Below, piece after piece: positions 50,901 to 62,898 of a DNA stretch of 64,000 nucleotides. Below the pieces are notes generated by a model. The model was not told where the DNA came from. It did no database searches and saw nothing but the letters and a program-made list of their open reading frames with translations. A program made the translations under genes and the position numbers. The stretch is from Basidiobolus meristosporus CBS 931.73 (taxonomy: Eukaryota > Fungi > Basidiobolomycota). Positions within the stretch are counted from its first letter, which is position 1, and each line of letters opens with the position of its first letter. Where the stretch lies: contig MCFE01000209.1 of assembly GCA_002104905.1 (NCBI GenBank), positions 63,891 to 127,890 on the forward strand, given 5' to 3'.

Positions 50901-53430
50901 TCAAATGCCTGGAGATCCAATTGGACAAGAAATAGCTCAGATTACTATATCAATGAGGGTACAAACTTAGCCTATGCCTATTCAGTCCATATTGATGAAC
51001 CCCAGACTGTAAAAGAGGCCCTGAATAGCCCTCAGACAAAGTTTTGGAGATCTGCAATGACTGAGGAATATCAGGCCCTGATGGAAAATCAAACTTGGGA
51101 CTTGGTCAAATTACCAATCAACCAAAAATCAATTGGATGCAGATGGGTCTTTAAGACAAAGTACATGGCTGATTATACAATTGAGAGATACAAAGCAAGA
51201 CTTGTAGCCAAAGGATACTCTCAAACAAAAGGACTTGACTATACTGAGACCTTTGCACTGGTAGCCAAGTTTAATTCCATCAGATTAATTTTGGCTATTG
51301 CAGCAAACTAAAGTTTTTATTCATCAAATGGATGTAAAAACTGCATTTTTGGATGGAGAACTTGATGAGGAGATGTGTATGGACCAGCCTGATGGGTTTG
51401 TTGACCAAGATAACCCTCATTTGGTCTGCAAGCTTAAAAAGTCACTATATGGTCTCAAACAATCACCAAGAGCCTGGAATTGCAAGATAGATTCTTATTT
51501 GGAATCCCTGAGTTTCAAAAGAAGTAATGCTGACTATAGTATATACTATAAGCCAGATAGAGCAAATCCAGTTCTATTAGCTCTATATGTGGATGATCTT
51601 ATTATAGCCACCAACAACCTAGAAACATTGGAAGTGACTAAATCCAGCCTATCTAAGGAGTTCAAGATGTCTGATCTAGGAGAACTTAGTTACTACTTAG
51701 GGATTAAGTTCTCCATAGACAGAAGTACCCAGACTATTACTCTAAGCCAGTCCAAGTATATTCAAGATATACTAAAGAAGTACCAAATGGAAGACTGTAA
51801 ACTGGCAACTACCCCAATGGAGACAAACCTTAACTTGGTCAAAACTCAACCAAATCAAGAGAGCTTGGTGCCATCTGAAAGCCCTGACTTTCCTTATCAA
51901 TCTATGGTTAGCAGTCTGATGTATAACATGCTTGGAACATGTCCAGATATCTCATATTCAGTGGGAGTTGTCAGCCAACATAATCAGAACTATGGATCTG
52001 ATCATATTGCAGCAGTTAAGTGGATTTTTAGATACCTAAAAGGAACTGCTGATATCTGCTTAAGATACACTTATAAGGACTCAGAACAGGATCTTGTGGG
52101 ATACTCTGATGCTGATTGGGGACAAAATTTGGAAGACAGAAGATCCACCACAGGATACACCTTTCTTTACTGTAAGGAGCAATTTCATGGAATTCAAGAA
52201 AGCAACCAACTGTAGCACTTTCCACCACAGAGGCATAGTATATGGCAGCCTGTGAAGCTACAAAAGAAGCAATGTGGTTAAGAAAACTTTTTACAGATTT
52301 AGGCTTATGTCAAAAAACGCCTATTACTTTATTTCAAGATAATCAAGGATGTATACAATTAGGTAGAAATCCAACTTTTCATGCTAGAACCAAGCACATA
52401 GTTATTAGACATCATTTCATATGTGAAGCTATAGAGAATAACTTAGTTAGCTTAGTTTACTGTCCTACAGATGAAATGATTGCAGACATATTTACCAAAC
52501 CATTAGCTAGAGACAGGTTTGAATATCTTAGGTCAAAATTAGGACTAGTCAGTATGAACATTTAGCTGAGTGGGAGTGTTGTAAAAATTTGTAATTCCAT
52601 TTAAATATTCACCTAACTTAGTCACTTCAATCATTACCCTTAAATCCTAGAAAATACTGACCAAATTCCTTGTTGGGATTTACCTAGAATATTTTCACCA
52701 AAATACCAGGTACCCAGAACATGAAAATTCTCAAAGTTGTCCAAACAGCCCCAAACTTTGCACACGTGTTTTTGGGACCTTCCTTAGCCTATTCTACGTG
52801 TTTGTAGTGCCAAGACCAGGTAAAAGTATAAATACTACTTTTACATTCAATAAATCATTAAGTGAAAACCACATTATATACTTGTTCTCCAAATCACTTC
52901 CAATATCTCCAAGACTCTTACAACACTATCATGGCAGTGTTCCAAAGGCCTCTTTCCTGCAACAGCATCTTTATTGTCACCTTCCAGATTTCATAGCCAG
53001 ATCCATGCAGCTTTTTAGCAGACAGAAAGTTCCACTTATATGGTGTTTAACACTTCAGAGAGTGAGAGCTTGAGCTTATAACCTGTTGTAAGAGTTCTGG
53101 AGAAATTGCAAGTGACGGGGAGTACAGGTAGACTATGTGATTTTCAATTGATGATTTATGAATGTAAATGCAGCATTTATACTTTTACATGGTCCTGGGA
53201 AAAAACCACATTGAATATGTTTGGGAAGATCTCAAGAATATGTGTGCAAAGGTTGTGTGGCTTGGACAACTCTGTGGAATTTCATACTCTGGGTACCTGA
53301 TATTTTGTTGAATGTATCCTAAGTAAGCCCCAAGAAAGAATATGGTCAGAATTCTCTAAGACTCATTGGTAATGATCTAAGTGCCCCAGTTAGGTGAGTA
53401 TTTAGGTGTAAATACTAAGCTTACAAAACA
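47990..53430 (-). mobile_element. Older copia family D remnant D3 (5' LTR, PBS, start of gag), split by D2
   Basis: LTR 53084-53430 and PBS GGTTATAAGCTC on minus; gag AKKLHGSGYEIWKVTIKMLLQERGLW (52926-53030) continues at 48244 and below. Confidence 0.8.
48245..52925 (+). mobile_element. Full-length Ty1/copia element D2 (4681 bp), ORF broken by stops and frameshifts
   Basis: LTRs 48245-48593 and 52577-52925 (~19 differences in 349 bp); perfect 5-bp TSD CTATC; PBS and PPT; gag, protease (YIDSGASQH), integrase (HSDLCG, RSDNGGEY, QNGVAER), RT and RNase H in copia order. Confidence 0.97.
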
Positions 53431-54442
53431 CTTAACTTGGTCACTGAGCCCATGGTCTACAAATCTTGAATTCTGCCAAATGCAGTTTTGAGACAGCCTT
53501 TTCACAGGATCATCAATATTATTATTCACAAGGTAAAGACCTCAAGAGAATGTGTGCAACAACTGGGGGCTCATGAGCTGCTTACTCAATTTGCCTGCTT
53601 TTCACTCTCGATGTCATTGTGAAAACAATCCATGTAGGCCTGCTTGAGGACCGGACTAACTGAGCAAGCTGGCTAATAATACCCAAACAGAATTGTAAGA
53701 CAATGATATGTAACGCAGCCGCTAGCTTGATAGAAAGCAAGATATCACATTGGTTTAGGTGCAAAACCAAACAATTTCCACAACTTCCACTCATATATGG
53801 GAAATCCCTTGATCACCCAAGTCCATAACCATCATTTATGATGATATGGGTACAAAGCCTAATTTCCATTGCTCCACAATACTGAATAGCCACCTGGAGC
53901 AAATTGCACAGTTCCACTCCAAACAGTTAACATTCCGGAACTAGATCTATGTATATAAATCATTGCGAGCACATAAATCACCAAATAGGAACTGGTGGAT
54001 GCGTACTGCCCAATTCCTCATTGCACCTACCTCTGCAAAACACGTCAACCATCCAACCACATCAGATGATCCGAGCGCAGTCATAATTCAATTGGGTCGT
54101 TTCATTGGGTAATTCAACCGACTCCCAAGCCACCTTCGATATCATCGAGTCCCACACCAACCCTTGGGTTCACTCCTTTCCACTCAGCCGTACCCACTGC
54201 GTCAAATGGTGGGAACGCTGTAATCATTGGTGTCTGCCATCGAAGAAACATACGTCATGCAGCGGGGTTTCGTATCTCCTTGACTGATCTAAGTGACCTC
54301 CATTCAGCATGTTTGATCGAGGCTAGAATAATCCAGCTTTGTTTACTCGATGTGATTGTTTACCACCTCCGATGCGGCACCATCTCCCTTCGAGGAGACG
54401 CAGCGCAACCAGAACTTTCACCTTCCCTGGGACGGAACCCCC

Positions 54443-55315
54443 ATGCCAGAGCAAACCGAGGACCTGGATCTCTACGAGATACTTCAGGTCGGCCAGGAGG
54501 CTTCGCTCAGCGAGGTGAAGCGAGCCTACTACAAACTGGTCCTGCTGCACCACCCATACAAAGCCCGGGAGGACGTGGAGGCCTCCAAGCTGAATTTCGA
54601 ATAGATCGGGTTCGCTACGCAGTGCTAGGCGATGCCAAACGTAGGAGTCACTACGATCGAACCGGCTCGACGGAGGAGGGGTTACTGGACGATGTGGAGG
54701 GTAGGGATTGGATCGCATACTTCCAGGAACTGTTCACCAGCTTCCCCACGGAGAGCATTCAGGAGTTCTCGGAGAAATACAAATGCATGCTTGTTTGAAG
54801 TGGGTCTTTCCTCCCCTTCGTCCCTCTATTAATCCTAACCCTGAACTTCGCGGGTCACTTCGCGAAGGCTCCACCGAAGAATACGAAGACCTGATCACGG
54901 CCTATGAAACGCACAAGGGTGACATGGGCCTGATCCTGAGCCCAGTGCTACTCGCCGAAGCTGAGGATGAGGATCGCCTACGGGAAATATTGCACTCCGC
55001 CATCAAGAAGGGAGATGTCAAAGCGTACAAGAAATTCACCAAGGTCGACAAGAAAGCCAAAGCGCGTAGACGTCAAGCTGCTGCCAAGGAGGCGAAGGAG
55101 CTGGGCATAGACAAGAAGTTGAAACGGAAGCCGACGAGGATTCCCTACGAGCATTGATCCAGCAACGCAGCGGGAACCGAATGAATCCGCTGATGGACAG
55201 TCCGGAGGCCAAGTATGCCTCGAAGGAAATCAAGGGGAAGAAGAGAAAGACCTTGGCCAAGGAGCCCTCGGAGGAGTTCCAGGCGCTGCAAGAGAAGCAT
55301 TTCGCCCGCAAGTGA
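54443..55315 (+). pseudogene. DNAJC9: DNAJC9-like J-domain protein pseudogene
   Basis: J-domain DLYEILQV..EASLSEVKRAYYKLVLLHHP with HPD changed to HPY (54551-54559); in-frame TAG at 54602-54604; a 1-bp loss before YAVLGDAKRRSHYDRTG; a predicted GC-AG intron 54785-54867; GSTEEYEDLITAYETHKGDM; a second frameshift at ~55125 before DEDSLRALIQQR...EAKY. Confidence 0.7.
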
Positions 55316-55508
55316 TGAAAGACCTTTATTTATGTACTGCTTGATCCATACCAGACTTTCAAGAAATCCCTTTTTATTAAACAAAAGTGCGTGGCTGATT
55401 CTCCAGCAAATAAAAACATCTATTCTTCAAGGAATACTGTACTGTACATGAAATTAAGATTGGCTTCGGTGGTGGTGGTGGTGGCAGTGGCACCGGGAAG
55501 CCGACTTC

Positions 55509-56935
55509 TCAGATATCTTGTTGCAACGAATTGAATACTTTCCAAAAGAATACACCAGCGTCGCCCTTGGAGAACGATATGGCTTTGGTCAGATATCCAG
55601 GCAAGATCTGCATCAGGGCCGTATCGGCCTCGTCCAGGTTGGGCTCGAAATGGTACGAGTCAGGCTCATCGTGCTCCAGCCGTAGAATATACCGGAATAC
55701 TGCAACAATGACCAGGTTAGTGTAGGTTGGAGAAGGGGCATCCAGCATCCAAGGGGGTTTACCTCCGTTGCGACCAGTTTGTTCGCACTCCCAAGTGGTC
55801 CCCTCTTTCTCTCGCTCCATGGATATGACCTGTAGGCCAGCAAGCTCCTTGTACAGCCCCAAAGACAAGGTGAGATCGTCCTGTTGATTCACGGCCAGCT
55901 TCTGGTTTTCGGCTTGCAGCTGCTCGACTAGAAACGGAGGGTTATGGTGCGGCCCTCACAATGGGACCATGTTGAAGCAACTTACTTTGTTCCTTCAGTG
56001 AGTGGATGTCCTCCTCTTGCTTTTGAATCAGACTCTCCTCCTTCGAGTTGGTCTTGGATTTCTTAAGCGTCGCGATCTGTCCCTTCAGTTGGTTGATGAG
56101 GTTGTCCGAAACTAAGGTGGCGGTTAGTAAGCCTGCTACCACCAGAATAGCCAGCGCACTTACATTTGAAGCGGTCTTGCGCGTTCTTTTTGTACTCTCC
56201 GAAATTTGTCTCAGCCTCTTGGATACCGATACGCTTCAATTCCTCGTATCTTTCTAGAAGGTCGCGGTACTCCCTCTTGACCTAGAATGAAGGTGAAGTT
56301 AGCTACCGCGTGGGGCAGGCGGTGAGTTCGCGTTTGTTACCTTTTCGAGGTCATCAGTGTTTGCCAGAGAAGGATGGCCAGCTTCATCTGATCTATTGGT
56401 ACGCTTGGACCGAGGCTTATCTAGGGTGACGGCTCCATTGGTTACATCTTTGCTTATTTCCCGTGCTCTCTTTCTGGGAGGAATGGGGGAATGATTAGCG
56501 GTGTACACTACCGCCGACTCCCGGTCTCTAGGGGGAGACACCAAAACGGAGAACTCGGGGGAATCCGGGTCGGCGTCTGTCGTCCGGGAACCAAAACTGA
56601 CAGATTTACGGGATTTCCTCTCCTGTCTAGTTGCCTTTGGTGGGGTTGCCTCCATCGAATCATCGCTCAACAAGAGTTTCGCCTCAGCGCGTGAAACTAG
56701 AGGGCGGTTACAAAGCTGTGAGTACTTCGCAATAAAAGAGGGTGGAACGTGACGGATACTCACTTCCTCTGGCAGGCTTGCTTTCCTCAGAAGGCTTGGC
56801 TGCGGCAGGAAAGAGCAGTTCAGTCCATCTGAATCAGTAAAAACGCGAAATTCGCTTGGCCGACAACATACCTGAGGCGGACTTTTTTTTCTTTGCGGCG
56901 GCACTCCTTCTGGCTTTGTAAAACGGGCGAGGCAT
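55509..56935 (-). CDS. CSM1: Csm1/Pcs1-like monopolin subunit (multi-exon)
   Basis: Predicted ATG at 56935 with GT-AG introns that keep frame; basic/Ser-rich N-terminus; coiled coil YEELKRIGIQEAETNFGEYKKNAQDRFK; C-terminal LYKELAGL...WECEQTGRNG.VFRY...YHFEPNLD...LPGYL...ISF...FFWKVFNSL matches the Csm1/Pcs1 RWD-like domain pattern as I recall it. Confidence 0.72.
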
Positions 56936-57546
56936 TTTAACACGTGAAGCGGGTGGGGGCACTGGAGTGTTAGAGGTGAAAAATTGAGAAGGTTTGGAGC
57001 TCACGAGAGTAATGTCTCTTCTGGAATAGACGAAAATGTCGGGGAAAATAAGTAAATGGTTTAAAACAAACCACCAAATCTCATGCAGAACCCGAATAGC
57101 GGGGCAAAGAATTTTCGCGTATGAGCATCTTCAAACAAACAAGCCCTCAGAACGTAGCCAATCAACACCAAAGCTCGTCTCTTTGTTGTGATTCAGCATG
57201 TTGTCAGAGCCATGGACCTGAGTCAGCTAAGCAATTGATATTCCTGGTTAACATTCAGGTTAAGTTGTGAAGAAAGTTTCCATTAGGTTCCTATAGAGTC
57301 AGCCAATGGTGGAGTTGACCAGGTTGCTGATAATCAAATCTTACATAGCTACAGTCGTTGAAGTACGAGGTCACTTGATTGCCAAAATTAGATAAATGTG
57401 TATAGGAGACATCAAGATAGATACCATCTCTGATCAATACCTACTTACCCCAACCATCTTCAGATATTATAATTCAAGACTAAAATATAAATACTTCTCT
57501 TGGTACGCGAAGGAAACTCGCCTTCATTAATCAAGAGGTTTCACAA

Positions 57547-59184
57547 ATGTTCAAGACTTCGATTGCCGGAATTTCTATCCTCAGTAAGGTTAAGCCAGCT
57601 CAGGCTGAGATCCTCACTGATGATGCTATCAGATTCGTAGCTACCCTTCACCGCGCCTTCAATCCTACTCGCTTGGCCCTCCTCAAGCGTCGTGAGGAGC
57701 GTCAGAGAGAGCTCGACAACGGTGTTCTCCCCGACTTCCTCCCCGAGACTGCCTACATCCGTAACGACCCCAACTGGAGAGCTGCTCGCCCAGCCCCCGG
57801 CCTCGAGGACCGTCGTGTGGAGATCACTGGCCCGGTCGACAGAAAGATGGTCATCAATGCCTTGAACTCCGGGGCCAAGACTTTCATGGCCGACTTCGAG
57901 GACTCCTCAGCCCCCACCTGGGACACCGTCCTCGATGGTCAGATCAACATGCGCGATGCCCTTCGTCGCACCATCACCTTCACCGCCCCCAATGGCAAAT
58001 ACTACAAGCTTCGTGATGACGGCAAGATCGCCACCCTGCTCGTGCGTCCACGTGGATGGCACATGGAGGAGAAGCACTTGTTGATCGACGGCCAGCCTTG
58101 CTCAGCGTCCATCTTTGACTTTGCCTTGTACTTCTTCCACAACGCCCGCAAGTCCATCGAGATCGGGGCCGGACCCTACTTCTACCTGCCCAAGATGGAG
58201 TCCCACCTCGAGGCCAGACTCTGGAACGACGTGTTCAATGCCGCCCAGGACATCCTCAGCATCCCCCGCGGGACCATTCGTGGCACCGTGCTGATCGAGA
58301 CCATCCTTGCCTCCTTCGAGATGGACGAGATCATCTACGAGCTCCGCGACCACTCCTCCGGACTGAACTGCGGCCGCTGGGACTACATCTTCTCCTTCAT
58401 CAAGAAGCTCCGCCAGCACCAGAAGTTCGTCTTGCCCGACCGGTCTGATGTCACCATGACCTCACCATTCATGGATGCCTATGTCCGCTTGTTGATCAAG
58501 ACCTGCCACAAGCGTGGAGTGCACGCGATGGGAGGCATGGCCGCCAACATCCCCATCAAGAACAACCCGCAAGCCAATGAGGCCGCCATGCAAAAGGTCC
58601 GCAACGACAAGCTTCGTGAGGTGAAGGCTGGCCACGACGGTACCTGGGTTGCCCACCCCGACCTCGTTAAGATCGCCACCGGAATCTTCAACGAGCACAT
58701 GGCCACCCCCAACCAGATCCACATCCGTCGCGACGACGTCGAGGTCTCTGCCGCCGACCTTCTCAACAACAACATCGAGGGCGGCAAGATCACCGAGACT
58801 GGCATCCGCAACAACATCTCTGTTGGCCTCGCCTACACCGAAGCCTGGCTCCGTGGTTTGGGATGCGTCCCCATCCACAACCTCATGGAGGATGCCGCCA
58901 CTGCCGAGATCTCTCGCTCCCAATTGTGGCAATGGGCCAAGCACCAGGTGAAGACCGCCGAGGGCAAGCAAGTCACCCAGCAATGGCTCCAGCAACTGCT
59001 GAACGAGGAGACCGACTCGCTGAAGAAGCAGCTCGGCAACAAGTATGCCAGCTACAAGTACGACCTCGCCAAGAAGTACATGGCCGGGCAGGTGTCGGGC
59101 AAGAACGAGGACTATGCTGACTTCCTGACCACCTTGATCTACGATGAGATCACCACTCTTCCTTCCACCAAATCCAGACTTTAA
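57547..59184 (+). CDS. MLS1: Malate synthase (glyoxysomal, MSA-type), 545 aa, intronless
   Basis: [44 protein letters not shown] and [18 protein letters not shown] motifs; C-terminal SRL peroxisomal targeting signal; strong codon bias. Confidence 0.98.
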   Translation: MFKTSIAGISILSKVKPAQAEILTDDAIRFVATLHRAFNPTRLALLKRREERQRELDNGVLPDFLPETAYIRNDPNWRAARPAPGLEDRRVEITGPVDRKMVINALNSGAKTFMADFEDSSAPTWDTVLDGQINMRDALRRTITFTAPNGKYYKLRDDGKIATLLVRPRGWHMEEKHLLIDGQPCSASIFDFALYFFHNARKSIEIGAGPYFYLPKMESHLEARLWNDVFNAAQDILSIPRGTIRGTVLIETILASFEMDEIIYELRDHSSGLNCGRWDYIFSFIKKLRQHQKFVLPDRSDVTMTSPFMDAYVRLLIKTCHKRGVHAMGGMAANIPIKNNPQANEAAMQKVRNDKLREVKAGHDGTWVAHPDLVKIATGIFNEHMATPNQIHIRRDDVEVSAADLLNNNIEGGKITETGIRNNISVGLAYTEAWLRGLGCVPIHNLMEDAATAEISRSQLWQWAKHQVKTAEGKQVTQQWLQQLLNEETDSLKKQLGNKYASYKYDLAKKYMAGQVSGKNEDYADFLTTLIYDEITTLPSTKSRL

Positions 59185-59543
59185 ATCACCAGTTCCTTAA
59201 GATGCACATTGTACATTTCTCAATGTCCTACATTACTCAATTCGCATTCCAAGGGCTTAATATCCCACGAACCCTTAAATCGTCCCTTCGTGAAAAGTAA
59301 ATAAAAAATCCTAGTTCCACAGCGAATTTTACTAGGGGTCTATGGGCCGAACCAAATTTATTTAGTAAGAATCCAACATTGAAACACCACCTGGTATGCT
59401 AGGGAAGGCGTTCGCCAAGAATCCTTGGCCGCCCGGTTGCTAATCTCGATGTCACGCTAAGACGGTGGGCTTTAAACTCATCATAAGTCACGGTTAAACA
59501 ACATAAATTAAGTATATTACATTTCAAATGAAAAAGCGTCTTA

Positions 59544-62456
59544 TTAATACCGTGGGGGTCTAAAACCTCCTTTGCTCCCACCGCGTTGAGGTGGGCGGTC
59601 GTATGGGCCACCTCTACCACGGCCATTCTGGAATCGGGGAGCTCTATTGTTGTCGTTCATCGGACCACCTCGGCCTCGTGGGTCAAAGCCCCTGGGGTTG
59701 TTCCCAGCGTGGAGTGGTGGTGGCGGTGGTGGTGAAGAGTTCTCGTTGAATCTTCTTTTCCCATAGGGCGGTGCACCTTGGTCTTGGTATCCACCTCTCG
59801 TGGGCGCACCTTGTTCGGGATAGCCATGTGAAGGCCCGGTTGGGTGTCGATTGAGCCGCGGGTCTTGAGGGGGACCATTGTCAGTATAACCCCTAGGTGG
59901 GCCACCATCATTGAATGATCCTCGAGGACCTTGTGGAGGTGGAGGCGGTCTAGAATCAAATCCGCCCCGAGGTCCGGAGGGAGGGCGAGATCCATCAAAT
60001 TGGCCTCGGGATCCACTCATAGAGCCATTTGTCGGAGGGCGTGAAGGATAGTCGCCAGGTGGACCTTGTCGCGAAGATGGGAAAGGGGGTTGTCCAGATC
60101 CAGAGGGCGGCCTTATGCCGGGTGGCATGTTATTGGATGACCTATGTTGCGAATGGAATGAGCCCCCATGACCACCCATCTGACCAGGTGGGCCATTAGG
60201 TTTAAATGGATAATCGTTTGGTGGCGGACCACGATCGTGCATGGGTCCGTTGCGAGACTTCGCCATACCAAAGCCAGGCAGCGGGCCATTTCTATCATGA
60301 GCATTTCCAAGACCAGGCGGGGCAAAGCTGTCTTTCTTGTTGGCTGAACCATGATAGTTCTTGTTGAACATGGATAGACCTGGAACATGGCTGTCTGGAA
60401 AGGAGTTATCAAAGTTAGCACAAACCCTGTATAACCCGAAGCGACGACTACACTAAATAAACGAACCCTCTTCCCAATGCTGCTCGTTAGCATTGAGGCC
60501 ATCAGGTTTCTCGTCGGATTTTTCGGATGGGTCTCCGGGTCTTTCACGAGTCCAAAATTTGGTCGAGTGGTCGTTGGAGCCTGAGGCAATGATATGGCCA
60601 ACTGGATGCCAATCCAAAGACCAGATGTTTTGTTCATGAGCTCCATCAATATTTGCAACAGCTTGGTCATTTCTTTCAACCAGAAGATCATTGTTAGTAA
60701 CCCAGCAGTGAAGATTAGTTGCAGCAATGAAACTCACCCTATAAGCCAGTATGTGAGTGAGCCTTCAGAGCCACCAGTGGCCAATAGGCGTTCGTGGATC
60801 GGATGCCATGAAAGAGCTTTACTCGAGTTAGTATAAAAGTAAAGATTAAAGGTGCTTCAATCTCTACTCACAAGATAGCTCTTCCTTTCCGCTTCTGAAT
60901 GTCTGGAGTTCCTTCATCATTCGAATGTCGTAGACTTTCATCATTTGGTCTCTGGCAACCGTGGCGAGCCAATTCCCGTTCTTGTTCCATTCTATACCAC
61001 TTACGGTGGCCTTGTGACCATGTCTGGCACGATGGGTTAGAGACATTGATTGATGGGCCAATGTGCAGATAACTTACAATGTTGTCAAGTTTCGTCCAGA
61101 TTTAGGATCCCACAGCTTTACCAGGTTATCTTTCGAGCCAGAAGCAAGGAGCGCTTTGGACGGATGCCAGTCAACGCACTTTACATCCCAACCGTGACCT
61201 ACAAATGCTCAATGATAAGAAAACATGGCGCGATTGCCAACATGGTCGCAAATAAGGTGCACCTGTTAAGATTTTTTCCTCGATGCCTTCATTGAAATTC
61301 CAAATCTTGATGGTTCCGTCATCCGAACATGTGGCAAATTTGACATCAGTGGGCGAAAACCTAAAGGATGATCTTGAGTTTTCTTTACAAGTAACAATCG
61401 AGGGTCCAACTGCTACTCACGCTATATCACGGATTGCCTCCTTGTGGCCTTGGAATACTTTGAGATTGTTCATATTAGACTGCCAGTACTTGATAACGCC
61501 ACTATGATCTGCGGTTACCATCCAATTGTCGTTGTGGGTCCACTCCATGGCTCGCACGGCAGTGTCATGAGCCTTAAAGTTTGCCAATGAGCATCCATAA
61601 TGCACGAGGTCAAAAATGTAGCACCAACCTGAAGAATTGTTTCAAAATTGAAGGTCAACCCGTTCCAAAGGGTAAACTCCCCACTAGTAGAGCCGGTAAT
61701 CAAACGTCTGCCTTCTGGGGTCCACTGAAAAGTAAATAGAGCTACAATCAACCACTGATCTGACCCCAAGAAGCAATGCGCCTACTTACCTTAACGACGT
61801 TAACCGGGCAACGAATCTTGTTTGTTGAGGTGTGAACAAACTTGGTGGCTCCGGAGTCCACAGGGTTGTTTAAATGAAAAGAAGTGGGCAGTAGCTATTA
61901 CGTAGCGGACCAGGTATGATGTTACGACCAAGCAGATACGTGTCCAAAAAAAAACTTTATTATTAGATAAATTGCATATATACAGTACTCATCAAGAATT
62001 ACCAGTGCTTGTAGCAACCTGGCAATATCGAGTTGTGAGAGAACAAGAGCTTATTCATAACGGGCACTTACGTTTACGATGAAGTTGGGGTTGGGTCTAA
62101 GTATAGGCAGATCTCTATGATCTCTGAGGCTTGGACGAAGCTGGAGAAAAAATAAAGAAGGTTATTAACCAGCTCGGGCAATTTGAGGTCTACGTCAGTG
62201 ATCGGAGCATGACTAGAAGTAGGAAATGCACACAGACAAAACCAAACCGTTGGCCTACCTCTGTTCCCAAAGCGATTGAGGAGTTATAGTCGACTGTACG
62301 TCGTTGGATGGCTTTCCGAAGACTTTTACCATCGAAAGTCATACGATTTGAGTAGCCCATTCCACCGCCTCCGCCCATACCACCTCCGGGATTATGACTA
62401 CCGCCTCCGCTTCCGCTACTACCTCCTCCTCTTCCGCCACGTTCATAGGCAGGCAT
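59544..62456 (-). CDS. PFS2: Polyadenylation factor subunit 2 / WDR33 (WD40 protein with Pro/Gly/RGG-rich tail), multi-exon
   Basis: [110 protein letters not shown]; canonical introns checked at the 5' end; low-complexity last exon to the stop at 59544. Confidence 0.93.
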
Positions 62457-62898
62457 TGTTAACAGGTAAACTATGTAGGTTTTGCTAAAGGTATTCTGTA
62501 GATGTGTATGTTAATTGTATAACGCGAGATATTGAAGATCAAGATGGTCTAATGTATCATCACATTGAAATTATCCACAGGAGTACAGATCTTAAAATTT
62601 TCTTCAATGGGCGAAGTTGATACGTACTCGGCATGAGCTGATGGATATAAAATCATTTCCTAATACAGCATGTGTTGGATGATATATCTAGGTTTTGTAA
62701 TTAGATTGAATTCTGAAACCGTTTAACCTCACACACCGTCTGCCTCATGGCAAGGGGGCACTGATTCCTGTACATTGGGCAAACCATATAATTTTAGTGT
62801 ATTTATTAGGAGACAGAGGCTACCAAATATTTGGGAAGATGATATATGCTGATGCAAAGTTGCGTGTTTACAAGATAATTAGGTGTTTTGTAAAGTAT

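Noticed and set aside
55467-55484. (GGT)n microsatellite between convergent genes
   Set aside because: About five units only; ordinary.
56299-56943. 214-aa single-exon ORF as a separate gene
   Set aside because: It starts at GTG and reads through two predicted introns; it is the 5' part of the Csm1-like gene.
58102-58995. Long antisense and alternative-frame ORFs over malate synthase (also 62797-63621 and 63664-63981)
   Set aside because: Shadow ORFs expected from strong C/G third-position codon bias; no recognisable protein.
57547-59184. Bacterial horizontal transfer because the gene is intronless
   Set aside because: It ends in the peroxisomal signal SRL, looks like a typical fungal malate synthase and sits among intron-containing genes.
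59544-60371. Pro/Gly/RGG-rich ORF as an independent RNA-binding or collagen-like gene
   Set aside because: It is best explained as the low-complexity last exon of PFS2/WDR33, a known feature of the family.
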